DNA from: a virus
Taxonomy: Duplodnaviria > Caudoviricetes
Length of the DNA: 56,558 nt
Strand: one strand, 5' to 3'
IMG/VR virus record: IMGVR_UViG_3300010214_000031
Location: 1 to 56,558 of that record
The notes beneath the pieces were generated by a model, which was given only the letters and a program-made list of their open reading frames with translations, was not told where the DNA came from and searched no databases. The position numbers and the translations under genes are program-made. Below, one piece after another: positions 8,801 to 17,953 of this stretch (positions are counted from its first letter, which is position 1; the number at the start of each line of letters is the position of its first letter).

Positions 8801-11800
8801 TCTCTTCGTACAAGTCGGCGCCGCTGAAACCCATCACCATATCCAGCGCAACGTCTTCACTGATGCCACCATAGTGCATATGAAGGTTCACGAGGTCGCG
8901 GATAAATCGATCGACCTTGATCAGCACCGGATCTGGTTGATCTCGCAGAGGTGCATCCCAATTCAGCAACTCGCTGTCGTCAGGGATGTCTACTTCGAAC
9001 AGTCGGCCGTCCTTGAGCTTCGGCTTAAAGCCTTTGACGAGGCTCGCAGCTAGAGTGAGATAGTCGCGCTCATCGTTGTAGCCGTAGTCTTCCTCGGGGT
9101 TGATGCCGGTGTCGCGCAAGGCCTGTTTTGCCCGCTCGATCTCGCCGTCTGCCGGCCTCGCCAGGGCGTTCCGATAATACTCGGCGACTTCCTTCCTGCC
9201 GGCAAAGTAGAGCCCCCAGCCAAAGGCCTGGTTGCCCTCGCCTGAACCAATATGCTCCGTCGAGAAGTTCTCGAACTGGTGCGGACTGCCGTGGTAGGCA
9301 GCCTGGTATGAACGCCGGTGGAGTGGCTTGCGGGCAATCCTACCGCGCCGAGCCGTCTCGCCACTCCTGGCGCGCGCAAACACATCCTCCGACGTCTGAT
9401 AGCCCCGACCACGCAACGCGTTCCTGACGCGGCGCAGGGTCTGCCTGATGCGCTCCCATGCGCGGCGTAGGCCAATGTGAAGCCGGATGCCGTCGGCGTT
9501 GTTGCGGTCCATCTGGTCGGACCAGATCGCAAAGGCTTCTGCCTCAAGCTCATGCTGGGCCATGCCCGCGATGCCGGCGCGCCGAAACTCGTTGGTTGCC
9601 ACGATCTGCCGCAGCCGTTCGGTTTCCCCGGCAAGCACGCGTCGCTCGGCTTCGGTCAGGAAGAAGTGTTGAAGCCGATGGAACGCCTCATGGTATGCGG
9701 TGCGGCGGTTTCCAGAATCGAGTGCGATGACGACAATGTCGCGCGTCGGCTCGTAGAAGCCGCCGGCCGAACTCCTGCCTGTCGTGCCCCAGCCTTGAGC
9801 CCCATCCGGAAGTGAGATGTGCGGCCAGAAGCTGACGTTGCCCAGGCCAGCCACCTGCTCCACGATCTGGCGGATGTCTGCCTGCACCTCGGTCGGCATC
9901 GGCTGGGGAGCGTCCATTTCGCCAGCAACATCCCAACCAGCAGGTGCATTGCGTACCTCCGGCCAAACCATTAGATTGATGTCATCGGCGGCAACGTCGG
10001 TAGAGCTGGCGGTGCTCTCACTGCTGTCTATGGAGAACTCTCCATCGGCCAACCGGGCACCAATCCCCGGACCGCCAGCATCTCGGTCGAAGTGCAGGTC
10101 ATAGTGCAAAGTGCCATCTGCGGTGCGATGCACTGTCACCGCCAGTTGCTGAACCTTCCCAGCAAACTCCACAGGTGCCGAAATGACGATGCGTTCGCGG
10201 ACAAAGTCGCGATCGCCGGGCTCGACAAGCACCACATGGCCGTTCTCGATGATGTCGCGAATCGCAGGGATTGACCGCAGCAGCATGTCGCCCTTGCCGC
10301 CCGACACAGACTTGTTGCGGCCGCGCTGGTTGAACGAGACGACCGAACCATCCCGCATCGTCGCAGTCGTGCCGCGCAGATGTTCGTCGTACCATTTCCG
10401 GGCCGCTGCGCGCAGCGCCGGCATGTCGGCGCCACCCTTGAAGTCCATCACCTCGAGACCGGTCAATCTGACCACAGGTTCGGCGGTCGAGTAGAGACGG
10501 ACCGAACCGCCTTCCTCCTTCGCCTCGATCGCCGAAAACAGTTGGTCGTAGGCGGCGCGGATGCCGCTATCCATCTCCTCCGACGTCGGATAGGCCCCGC
10601 CATCAAGGTTGATGTTGGCGAGATAGTCGTTGCTGAAACCACGTTCGGCCAGCCGATCGACGATGTAGCGCTCGAATGACCGGGCAGCCTTTTCGATCGT
10701 TGTCGAGAAATACGGCTTGCTGCGTGCGCCATCGAGATCGGCCGAGCGCGCCGCAAAGCTGCCACGGGTGATCGACTTTTCCACCGCCTTCCACGCGTCA
10801 TACACCTCTTGCCGGACCGGCCCAGCCACCCGACGGCGATCGCTCATGAAGCCGCCGGCCTGGTCTTCCTTCGCGAAGTAGTTGTCGAGCGCATGCAGCC
10901 ATTCATGCGCCAATGAGCCCGGGCCGGCGTTCTTTGTCAGGTTGATCACCACCTGGCCGGGCTCATAGTGCGCCGCGGCAGCGTTTTTGCCACCGTGTCC
11001 CCGCGCACCGAAGGCGAGACCAAGCTTGCCGTTGAGCGACAGTGCCTTCGGTGGCAGGGTCACAGCGTCGGCGAGGTCCATCAACGCGTCGTAGGCGCGA
11101 TTCAGATCGGCCTGCCGGCGAGCACCCTCGACATAGTTCCCAAACTGTACGCTGCGGAAGCCGAAGGCCTCCGAGAAGGTTTCCGGGGCGATATCGCCCT
11201 CGCGCCAATCCCTACCTTTGCGCGGATCGTTGGTGGCGCGACGCTCGGCTGGACCTGCCCTCATCTCGTCGATCTTCGCCTGCAACTCGTCGCGGCTCTC
11301 CTCGACATAGGCTCGTGCTTCCTTCGAAGTGGCGAAGCCGCCCTTCAACCGGATGACGGTGCTGCGAACTTTGAAGCCTATGAAGATGCTGTTTCCGGCG
11401 CGATCACGGTACAGCCCAACAGGTGTGTAGTTGGAGCGTTCCGCCGGCTTCGCGTCGGCCAGGACGCGCGCGAGCAGGGTCTTGAGGTTGGTAATCGCGT
11501 CGTCAGCGGTCTCCGCGTGGCCGATGCTCCGGTCCAAGCCCGACAGCATGCGGCCCTTGGTGTCGACGATGTAGAACATCTTTTTGGGTGGATTGTAGCG
11601 TTGGCCCCCGAACATGCTGTAGTTGCCGCTCATGATGCGCCATTTTGCCGCCTCTGCGAGCTTGCTCGGCTCGACATCAACCAGCGCGCGGGCGGTGTAT
11701 CCCAAGGCTTGGAAGTCACTCCATCCATGCGCTTCCAACTGCTGAAGCATCTTCTCGGCAGAAACCTTGCCCGAAAGAACCTTGCCGGCGAAGTCACGCA

Positions 11801-14800
11801 TGGACTGAGCGATGAAGACCCAGCGGTCCAACTTCCATGATTTTTTCGGCTTTGGCGGAATCTGGTCTCGAAAAACGGCGACAAGCGCCAGGGTGGCACG
11901 GTCGACGCCCTCTTCAGCCAGCTTGGCATAGTTCGGCAGCGGAAAGGTCTTGCTCAACGGATCGACGGCAACATTCGCGGCCTGGTCCTGCAACTCGTCC
12001 GACAGGAGCGAGACCATGTCCTTGCGCGCGCCATGGATCTTCTCGCCGAAGTCCTCGATCTTCGCTGAAGGTGTCGGGGCCGCTTTTTCGCTGGGCATGG
12101 GCGGACGGCTGTCATCGGCCTTCGACGATGCCGTCTCCCCACCGCTCGGCTTGCGAGCCATGTCCACCAGGTCGGATTGCTTGGAGTCGTCCGAAAACAG
12201 GCCGCCCGGGTCTTTCTGGGGGGCCTTGGAGCGCAACGGCTTCGCTGCCTTGCGTTCGGCTTCCTCTTTCTGGGAAATCCTTTCCGCGCCCGGCAGGACG
12301 AGCTGCGGCTTGCCGTCGGCGCCTACTTCTTCCGGCTGGCGCTCTGCTGTGCTTTCTGCAGCGCTTCGTCCGTCAACTTCTGGGCTGACGCGGTCCTTGC
12401 CACCTTCGCCACGACCTTGCGTCGGCGGGCGGCTTCCTTCAGCGCCGACTTCTTCGTCGGGTCCGTCTCGGCTTTCGCCTTCTGCTCGAACGTCCGAGCG
12501 GCTTTCAGGTGCTCCTCGGCGCTGTGCTTCATCGGGCCTCTCCTCGAAGAACGGCAAATCATCTGCCGCCGCGGCGCTTATACCATCTTCTGCCTCGAGT
12601 TGCAGTGCTGCTCGCTCAAGAGCATCGGCGGCATCCAGCCCCTCATCGACCATTACGGATACGGCCCGATCGAGGAACGGGTCGCCTTCTTTCAAGCCGG
12701 CCAGCTCCTGAAGCTGCGCCCGAGCGCCCTCCGCGCGCCTGGCGTCGGTCTCGCTGGCTTGATGGCTCGACCATGCGGACGACCATTCCTGGTCCGTGGA
12801 CGAAAACCGGTGTTGTCCGGCCATGTCATCGCGCAGGGCCATGAGCAGATCATCGACTGTCGAAGTCGCAAGCTGATCCGCTTCGGCGTCGCTGAGATAG
12901 CCGTTTTCGACAGCAAGGGCGCGCGCCTTGTCGAGCGGGAGGCCGTTGGTCCTGACCAACCTGCCAGATCCGGGCACGAGCACCTTGTGGGCGTCCATGG
13001 CGCGCAGCTCGCCGCGCTCGTCTTTCAGGCCGCCATTGCCAGCCAGGAACTCGGTCAATGTGGGTGGACGCTTCACCCGGCCCTTGGCATCGGCCGGGTG
13101 GCCAGTTTCCGTCAACCTGACGCGGCCCATGCGATAAGGCTTGGTCGTCTCGCCGCTCGCCAGCCACTCACGGAAGGCCTTGGGTGTCAGTGCAGAAATG
13201 GCCCCGATACGGGCGTTGCCGGTGCCGTCGCTGAAGCCGCGAGCATACAGCTCGCGCGCCTGCTCCATGCTGTCGGCGCCCATCACCACCTTGTGCTCGT
13301 CAAACCGGCCATTGGCCGATGGCGCTTTCTGGTCAACGATGTAGATGCGCTTCGACTTCGGATTGTCACCGATATAGACGTCCACATGGTCGCCATCGGC
13401 GCCCTGGGTCCGCTTGATGTAGCCGTAGTGGCCCGGCATCGTCGTTTCCCACGGCGTGCCCGTCGGGCTCACGCCACGCCGCACCGATCCCTTCGGGTTT
13501 TCGATCGTCACGTCGTGCCCGGCTATCTTGATGTGGCCCTTGGTGTAGTTGCCGGCTTCCTTCTGCGCATCGGACGGCTCGGGCTCGACCCGCTCGCCCG
13601 CTCGCGCGACATCGTCGGCCGTCTCGACCTTGGCGGGCCGGCTGCGCGTACCGAATGCTTCAGGAGCGACAGACATCGCTTCTGCCGGGTCGGCGTCGAC
13701 TGCCAGAGAAGGACCGCGCCTTTCGACCATAGCTGGGGCAGGAACGGCCTCGGGCGCAACGGACGACAACTCGGTCGGCTCGACCGGAACGGGCTCTGGC
13801 GGGGCTGCCAGAGGCTGCTGGACATTTGCCTGCCTGGCGCGCTCGACTTCGGCGGCCACCTCGTCGGGGCTCATCTGGTCGATGTCATCGTCGACAAGGC
13901 CAGAAGCCCGCAACAGGGCGCGATCCTCCGGCGTCGCCGAAGGCTGGAGTGTGGTGGCCGGAGCGGGTTCGTCGGCTTGAGGCAGTACCGCCTCCCCCAG
14001 CTCCGGCCCTGCGGCGGCAGCGACAGGGGCGCGCGCATCCGCATTCTCTGTCGGCTGGTCGAGAACAAAGCCATCCGGCAGGGATGGAACCCCTTGCGCC
14101 GCCGACTTGGTCCCACCGCCGAATACCTTTGACGCCGACTGCTCGCCGACCTTCATGCCACCGCCGACGATAGCGCCGAGCGCTGCCGATTCGAGGACGC
14201 CTTCCGTAAGATCCTGATCGGGGTTGTAGACGTAGCGCGAAATCATGTTCTGGGCGGCCTGTTGCAAGGCCTCCTGCCCGCCTTCAGCGGCGGCCTGCGC
14301 CAGAACTTTGCCGACAACGCCAGCCAGCTTGCCGGCAAGCGGCAGAGGCACGCGCTCAAACAGGATCTCGATCGGCACCTGGTCGGTCAGGCCGGGGAAA
14401 CGACCAAGCCGAACGGCGTCGATGATCTGCTGTTGCGACGCGCCAGCTTGGACGGCCCGGTCTATCGCCTCACCCGATGACGCTGCCGAACCACCGACAG
14501 CGCCGACGACCATGCCTGCGCCGCCGAGCGGCGCGGTCGCCAGGAACGGAACGGTGCTGCCAAGACCCTCGCTGATCGAGCGCGTCCAGCTATCCTCGTA
14601 GTCCTTGGTCGACTTGAACTTGTCGGACGCGAAGTCGTGGACCTTCTGGCCGGCCTTGTAGAGCGGCGTTTCCTTCACCGACAGGGTTGGCAGGATCGCC
14701 GGCAGGTTCAGGCGCTTGGCGGCCTCATCGACAGGCATCTGACCGGCGCGCACCGATGCAGCCAGTGCGAGCATGTCCATCTCTTTGAGACCACGGATAC

Positions 14801-15176
14801 CCTTGCCGGCCTTGATACGGAATTGATTGTACTCGGCGTCCGACATCTGCGGGATGCGTGGGAAGTCGGCGGCGAGCTGGTTGGCTGTCGCCTCCTCTTC
14901 TGGAGAGCGCGCCTGCTCTGCCGAGAGCCCCTTGAGCATAGATCCTACGACATTGGTCGCGCCAGCGGCCACGCCCTTGCCGACCTCCTTGACGAACGAG
15001 CCGCTGTCGGCGGCCGGTGCCGGTTCGCTGTCGAGCGTGAAGCCTTCCGGCAACGGTGGCAGCTTCGGCGCAGCCGCCATAGGCGCGTCGAGCTGAAAGC
15101 CGGGGGGCAGTGGTGGAATGCCGTCGGCCGGCCGCTGGGTTGGCAGCGGCGCGGCCTTCGGAAGTTCGAATGCCAT
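5856..15176 (-). CDS. Giant polyvalent virion-injected protein (~3106 aa): InPase, LPD5, LPD1, LPD3-like, zincin peptidase, ART-like, LPD38-like domains
   Basis: GNYTKGH...YGYIKRTQGADGDHVD; KIEDFGEKI.GARKD; FG.VQFGNY...LAHEWLHALD; AYHEAFH; AYHGS...GLYFA; TVDF...FFNA.LQG; TAATG coupling at 15176. Confidence 0.85.
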   Translation of the reverse strand: MAFELPKAAPLPTQRPADGIPPLPPGFQLDAPMAAAPKLPPLPEGFTLDSEPAPAADSGSFVKEVGKGVAAGATNVVGSMLKGLSAEQARSPEEEATANQLAADFPRIPQMSDAEYNQFRIKAGKGIRGLKEMDMLALAASVRAGQMPVDEAAKRLNLPAILPTLSVKETPLYKAGQKVHDFASDKFKSTKDYEDSWTRSISEGLGSTVPFLATAPLGGAGMVVGAVGGSAASSGEAIDRAVQAGASQQQIIDAVRLGRFPGLTDQVPIEILFERVPLPLAGKLAGVVGKVLAQAAAEGGQEALQQAAQNMISRYVYNPDQDLTEGVLESAALGAIVGGGMKVGEQSASKVFGGGTKSAAQGVPSLPDGFVLDQPTENADARAPVAAAAGPELGEAVLPQADEPAPATTLQPSATPEDRALLRASGLVDDDIDQMSPDEVAAEVERARQANVQQPLAAPPEPVPVEPTELSSVAPEAVPAPAMVERRGPSLAVDADPAEAMSVAPEAFGTRSRPAKVETADDVARAGERVEPEPSDAQKEAGNYTKGHIKIAGHDVTIENPKGSVRRGVSPTGTPWETTMPGHYGYIKRTQGADGDHVDVYIGDNPKSKRIYIVDQKAPSANGRFDEHKVVMGADSMEQARELYARGFSDGTGNARIGAISALTPKAFREWLASGETTKPYRMGRVRLTETGHPADAKGRVKRPPTLTEFLAGNGGLKDERGELRAMDAHKVLVPGSGRLVRTNGLPLDKARALAVENGYLSDAEADQLATSTVDDLLMALRDDMAGQHRFSSTDQEWSSAWSSHQASETDARRAEGARAQLQELAGLKEGDPFLDRAVSVMVDEGLDAADALERAALQLEAEDGISAAAADDLPFFEERPDEAQRRGAPESRSDVRAEGESRDGPDEEVGAEGSRPPTQGRGEGGKDRVSPEVDGRSAAESTAERQPEEVGADGKPQLVLPGAERISQKEEAERKAAKPLRSKAPQKDPGGLFSDDSKQSDLVDMARKPSGGETASSKADDSRPPMPSEKAAPTPSAKIEDFGEKIHGARKDMVSLLSDELQDQAANVAVDPLSKTFPLPNYAKLAEEGVDRATLALVAVFRDQIPPKPKKSWKLDRWVFIAQSMRDFAGKVLSGKVSAEKMLQQLEAHGWSDFQALGYTARALVDVEPSKLAEAAKWRIMSGNYSMFGGQRYNPPKKMFYIVDTKGRMLSGLDRSIGHAETADDAITNLKTLLARVLADAKPAERSNYTPVGLYRDRAGNSIFIGFKVRSTVIRLKGGFATSKEARAYVEESRDELQAKIDEMRAGPAERRATNDPRKGRDWREGDIAPETFSEAFGFRSVQFGNYVEGARRQADLNRAYDALMDLADAVTLPPKALSLNGKLGLAFGARGHGGKNAAAAHYEPGQVVINLTKNAGPGSLAHEWLHALDNYFAKEDQAGGFMSDRRRVAGPVRQEVYDAWKAVEKSITRGSFAARSADLDGARSKPYFSTTIEKAARSFERYIVDRLAERGFSNDYLANINLDGGAYPTSEEMDSGIRAAYDQLFSAIEAKEEGGSVRLYSTAEPVVRLTGLEVMDFKGGADMPALRAAARKWYDEHLRGTTATMRDGSVVSFNQRGRNKSVSGGKGDMLLRSIPAIRDIIENGHVVLVEPGDRDFVRERIVISAPVEFAGKVQQLAVTVHRTADGTLHYDLHFDRDAGGPGIGARLADGEFSIDSSESTASSTDVAADDINLMVWPEVRNAPAGWDVAGEMDAPQPMPTEVQADIRQIVEQVAGLGNVSFWPHISLPDGAQGWGTTGRSSAGGFYEPTRDIVVIALDSGNRRTAYHEAFHRLQHFFLTEAERRVLAGETERLRQIVATNEFRRAGIAGMAQHELEAEAFAIWSDQMDRNNADGIRLHIGLRRAWERIRQTLRRVRNALRGRGYQTSEDVFARARSGETARRGRIARKPLHRRSYQAAYHGSPHQFENFSTEHIGSGEGNQAFGWGLYFAGRKEVAEYYRNALARPADGEIERAKQALRDTGINPEEDYGYNDERDYLTLAASLVKGFKPKLKDGRLFEVDIPDDSELLNWDAPLRDQPDPVLIKVDRFIRDLVNLHMHYGGISEDVALDMVMGFSGADLYEETVSLLNGPEETSKAFLRAGLPGHRYLDGMSRDEGEGTYNYVIYDDSRIKVERFYSLAERVPASVPAKDVPGALVGQRLDRALRRGVAAMKGLSSRDRGIRNDGETASDYLHRKWVDYLHPLRMMQERSGHKLTELNDAYLNARLAEDAALAQIQTMHDVYVTPMVDALVAANASIEDLHRYLYALHAEERNRVVGKRNPPDSELFKAVTDHDAIGASGMSTNEARRIITGYRKDPQRFRGLNEAAGHVRQMLDNEMRNQRRAGLISDETYRLLSEQWQHYVPLKGNEGQDEEGFWKPGKSGFDVRGDEFKAALGRYSEADNIVAHAIVQSESSILRQKKNDVGKAMLRFINEFDPKGEQIAQVFWGGEGDFDIVKAPAVYKRVIDASGKVTKQRVPNPFSNRDDVLAAKVGGKTYWIRFKDPKIGRALRKLGTAEIGSLTKIVRPLTVWQSIVNTRANPAFTPINVIRDVQAGAVHLLDEGFSVVQVAGVVRDIPKAWGAIWRQQRQTAGSSEWDRFAKEYFDAGGKISFHNYATLEESLKRLEKQVSRSVDGENHFVAAIKAVFRFIGDLNDAGENGIRLAAYVAARKAQGRTAKQAAYMARDLTVDFKKHGEKGPEMSAWFVFFNAALQGNYNIAKRMVQSKAVRAAVASFIFGGMMQHLWNSMMSGEDDDGESYYRKMLVNEPWKLERQFVFFIPGTERYVAFPMPYGYNAFHHLGTQGAALMTGDKAPVIAILDAVRVAFDAFNPIGSGSIANMVSPTIVDPAVDILANENFAGAPIYPEENPFDRSPDPQSSKAFAATHPAFIWIAKMFNRASGGNEIEPGAVDIHPDTLEHLWGYFVGGLGRFVTQAEQSAEGAVRGELEPKKVPWVRNFYGAIDEDSQRTEYFRKREAVFAVEGYMKAYQEKGDEAALREFMGRHRVELEALGAFKAAEKARRAINKQRRRGDPDKAQLEELKKRELEAMRGARTAYVEAAARK

Positions 15177-15991
15177 TACATCGGCTCCCAAGCGCCGTTG
15201 CGGAGCACCACCTTTTGCCCGTTAGGGCCGGTGGCAGTGAGTTCTTTGCTCGTGGAGAGCCCCTTCGAAGAGTCGGACAGGCCCGTGCTTGTTCCGCCGC
15301 CGGCGGAAAACTGATCGAGCAGCCGCTGACGGGTGTCGTCGATCATCTTCTGGCGCTCGGTGCCGTAGAGGTTTTCGCCGGCAGCCTGCGAGATGCGTTC
15401 GATCTCCAGCGCCTGGCTGACCGAAATGCCGTTGTTGCGAGCCAGCGCCTTGATCTCGGCAAGGGTCTTCTGGTTCTGGAGATCGGCCGTCTTCGCCTGC
15501 CTGGCCTCGGATGCACGCCGCAACTCAAGGTCTTCAGCCGCACGCCTGTCCGTGCGCTTCAGCTTCTCGGCGTCCTGCTGGCGCTCATAGGCCATCGCTT
15601 CGTTTGCCGCGGCGCTTTTGGCGGCGATCAGATCCTGTTCGTCTTGATAGGCGGTGGCACCACCGAAACCGCGCCCGAAGGCCACGAACGGATCACCGCC
15701 GGTGTTGCCCATGTTGGCCATGCCAGCGCCCATCGCACGCACGAATGGACGCGCGCCCCCGCCGCCGCCGAGAAGCGACAGGAGCTGCGGATTGGCCATT
15801 GGCTGCATGGGCTGCCGATTGGGCGCGAAAGAGCCCTGCGGTAGTCCTGCTGGACGCGGCGTCGGCGCAGGTGCCGATTGCGGAAGAACGATGCGCGCCG
15901 GTTGCTGGGCAGGCGCACCTTCAGCCGGCGCTGGCTGTGCCTGCGCACCTCCGGTGATCAACGAAACGAGGCTTTCGAGGAAATTGGCCAT
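15176..15991 (-). CDS. Internal virion / DNA ejection protein
   Basis: Gly/Ala-rich segments, coiled coil, C-terminal TATGPNGQKVVLRNGAW hairpin; position before the giant protein. Confidence 0.65.
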   Translation of the reverse strand: MANFLESLVSLITGGAQAQPAPAEGAPAQQPARIVLPQSAPAPTPRPAGLPQGSFAPNRQPMQPMANPQLLSLLGGGGGARPFVRAMGAGMANMGNTGGDPFVAFGRGFGGATAYQDEQDLIAAKSAAANEAMAYERQQDAEKLKRTDRRAAEDLELRRASEARQAKTADLQNQKTLAEIKALARNNGISVSQALEIERISQAAGENLYGTERQKMIDDTRQRLLDQFSAGGGTSTGLSDSSKGLSTSKELTATGPNGQKVVLRNGAWEPM

Positions 15992-15993
15992 GG

Positions 15994-16383
15994 CTAGTCG
16001 TCCCAGGAACGGGGCCTGCGATTGATGGGATTGATCCGTCCCGGCGCAGGCGTCGGTGCGGGCGTCGGTTTCGGAGCGGGTGCCGGTGCAGGTGCCGGCG
16101 TCGGCGCGGCCGGCGGAGCCCGATCGAGGATTTCCTTGAGCGGATCAGGCGTCGCAGCGACCGGCTGATAACCGGTGAAGGAAGGTGCGGTGCGCGTCAT
16201 GCCGCTGACAGGCCTGGCTCCGCCCATCTGGATGTCAGCACCGATGTTCTCGCGCATCGCCTCGTTGTAGCCAGTCGGGCCAACCTCCAAGGCCCTTATG
16301 GCGGCCTGCACGATCTCCGGAACCGGAGGTGTCGCCGTTGGTGCCTGCGTAGCTGTGCCCTTCTTGTTGCCGCCGCCGCACAT
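15994..16383 (-). CDS. Small Pro-rich virion protein
   Basis: Start re-assigned to MCGGG right after the GNAT stop; PAPAP tract. Confidence 0.6.
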   Translation of the reverse strand: MCGGGNKKGTATQAPTATPPVPEIVQAAIRALEVGPTGYNEAMRENIGADIQMGGARPVSGMTRTAPSFTGYQPVAATPDPLKEILDRAPPAAPTPAPAPAPAPKPTPAPTPAPGRINPINRRPRSWDD

Positions 16384-16384
16384 G

Positions 16385-16846
16385 TCATTGCTCCTTGATG
16401 TAGAGGCCACCCAACGCGACGAAGCCAAAGCGCCGCAGGAAGCGGCCGACCAACTCGGGCCTGTCTGCATTGAAGGGCATGATGACGAGCGGCTGGACGA
16501 GCTCGTCGGCGTAGCGGCTGGCAGCGTCGATCAGCACCGCGGCGGCCGCAGGCGTGCGCCACTCAGGGCGGACGTAGAACCACCCGTCACGCAGATAGGA
16601 AACGTCGGTCCACCAGAGTTCGTCCGGCACGACCGAGATGGAGCCAATGATCTCGTCCCCCTCCCGAAGCGCCCAGACGACACCTTCAGTGAAGGTGCGC
16701 CAGATGTGCTGCCAGGATCGGTCTATGTTGACGCCTGCTGTCCTCTGGCTGCCGAAGCGGTGCTCCTTGGCGAAGGTGCTGGCCAAGAAATGGGCGATCG
16801 CCATACCGTTCGCCTCGGTCGCCTCGAGGCGGTCGACGATCATCAC
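16385..16846 (-). CDS. GNAT family acetyltransferase
   Basis: FYVRPEWR...AAAVL...FLRRFGF motifs. Confidence 0.75.
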   Translation of the reverse strand: MMIVDRLEATEANGMAIAHFLASTFAKEHRFGSQRTAGVNIDRSWQHIWRTFTEGVVWALREGDEIIGSISVVPDELWWTDVSYLRDGWFYVRPEWRTPAAAAVLIDAASRYADELVQPLVIMPFNADRPELVGRFLRRFGFVALGGLYIKEQ

Positions 16847-17688
16847 AAGAACGCACCGCCTAGCGCGCCAAGCAGGCCCCAGATGCCGTCATTGCTCTTC
16901 TGGGTCGATGTCGACGATGTGGTGTAGGGCGAGCCCTGAATCGCGCCCAGCAGCTTCATGGCGTCGGTGTATTTCTTTTCCTTGAGCGCTTCCTGGAAGG
17001 CCCGCATCGTGTCGTTGCGCTCCTTCTCGGTATCGCGCTCGACCTCGCCGGCATTGAACAGCGCGTCGTTCACATCCATGAAATTCTGGAAGTTCTGTTG
17101 TCCAAGGCTCGCGATGCCTGAAGCTGCCCCGGCACGAGCCGACCTGTCGGCGCCGCGCATCTCCATCGCGTTGTCCCATGCGCCGGCATAAGCCTTGCCG
17201 GTGACGTCGGTCGCCTGGCGCGCGGCATCGTCGTACAGCTCGCCCTCGACAATGCCGTGACGTGCATCGCCGAAGGCGCCCGACATGGCCGCGTTGGCGC
17301 CAAGGTCGCGCCGGCCTGCTTGAAGGCTGTCGCTGATTTGCTTCAGTTGGGGGTCGAGCACCCGCTGCAGGTACGGGTTCATGTAACTGTCGATCGAACC
17401 CAGCCAGCCCGTTTCGTCGGTCAGCTTGCCCGAGGCGTCCTCGAGCATGGACCCGGCCTTGTTGATGCCGAACAGCGACGCCAGATCCTGGTCGGCCAGC
17501 CAGTTGACGTTGCCGATGGCCTTCTGCTGACCTTGCGACAAGGGCGTGAAGAGCTTTTCGCCCGGCTTGGAGCCATAGACGTAGTTGTCCGGGCTCTTGA
17601 GGTAGCTCTCGATATCGCCGAGCGCGCGCTTGGTCGGGTCCTGAATGTAAGACGGGATCTGGCTGCTGGTTGTGGTCGTGTTGGCCAT
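16843..17688 (-). CDS. Internal virion / DNA injection protein
   Basis: TTTTSSQIP start, YMNPY, SGAFGDAR, Gly-rich hydrophobic C-terminus. Confidence 0.7.
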   Translation of the reverse strand: MANTTTTSSQIPSYIQDPTKRALGDIESYLKSPDNYVYGSKPGEKLFTPLSQGQQKAIGNVNWLADQDLASLFGINKAGSMLEDASGKLTDETGWLGSIDSYMNPYLQRVLDPQLKQISDSLQAGRRDLGANAAMSGAFGDARHGIVEGELYDDAARQATDVTGKAYAGAWDNAMEMRGADRSARAGAASGIASLGQQNFQNFMDVNDALFNAGEVERDTEKERNDTMRAFQEALKEKKYTDAMKLLGAIQGSPYTTSSTSTQKSNDGIWGLLGALGGAFL

Positions 17689-17692
17689 GGCC

Positions 17693-17953
17693 TTACTTCC
17701 TGTTCACGCCGCGCTTCTTCATGTCGTTGAGGATGGTCGCCAGCACGTTCGCCACATCGGCAACGGTCGCCGTGGCTGGGTTGAGCGTGCGGGTTTCCGT
17801 GAAGGTGCCAAGCTGGTAGGCGTCGGCGATCTCTTCGGTGATTTGCTCGTGCGATGCGCGCGACAGCTCAACGATCGCGTCAACCGTCCATTTTTGCAGT
17901 GGCGTCAGGTTGCCCTGGTTGGCCGGCTGCTGGCCGACCGTGGTCTTTCTCAC
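17693..17953 (-). CDS. Small tail-associated protein
   Basis: GTG start overlapping the upstream stop (GTGA). Confidence 0.6.
   Translation of the reverse strand: MRKTTVGQQPANQGNLTPLQKWTVDAIVELSRASHEQITEEIADAYQLGTFTETRTLNPATATVADVANVLATILNDMKKRGVNRK

Noticed and set aside
12177-14132. 651-aa + strand ORF, and similar long ORFs at 6036, 17854, 26029, 32878 and 46582
   Set aside because: Antisense shadows of well-supported genes in high-GC DNA; no recognisable motifs
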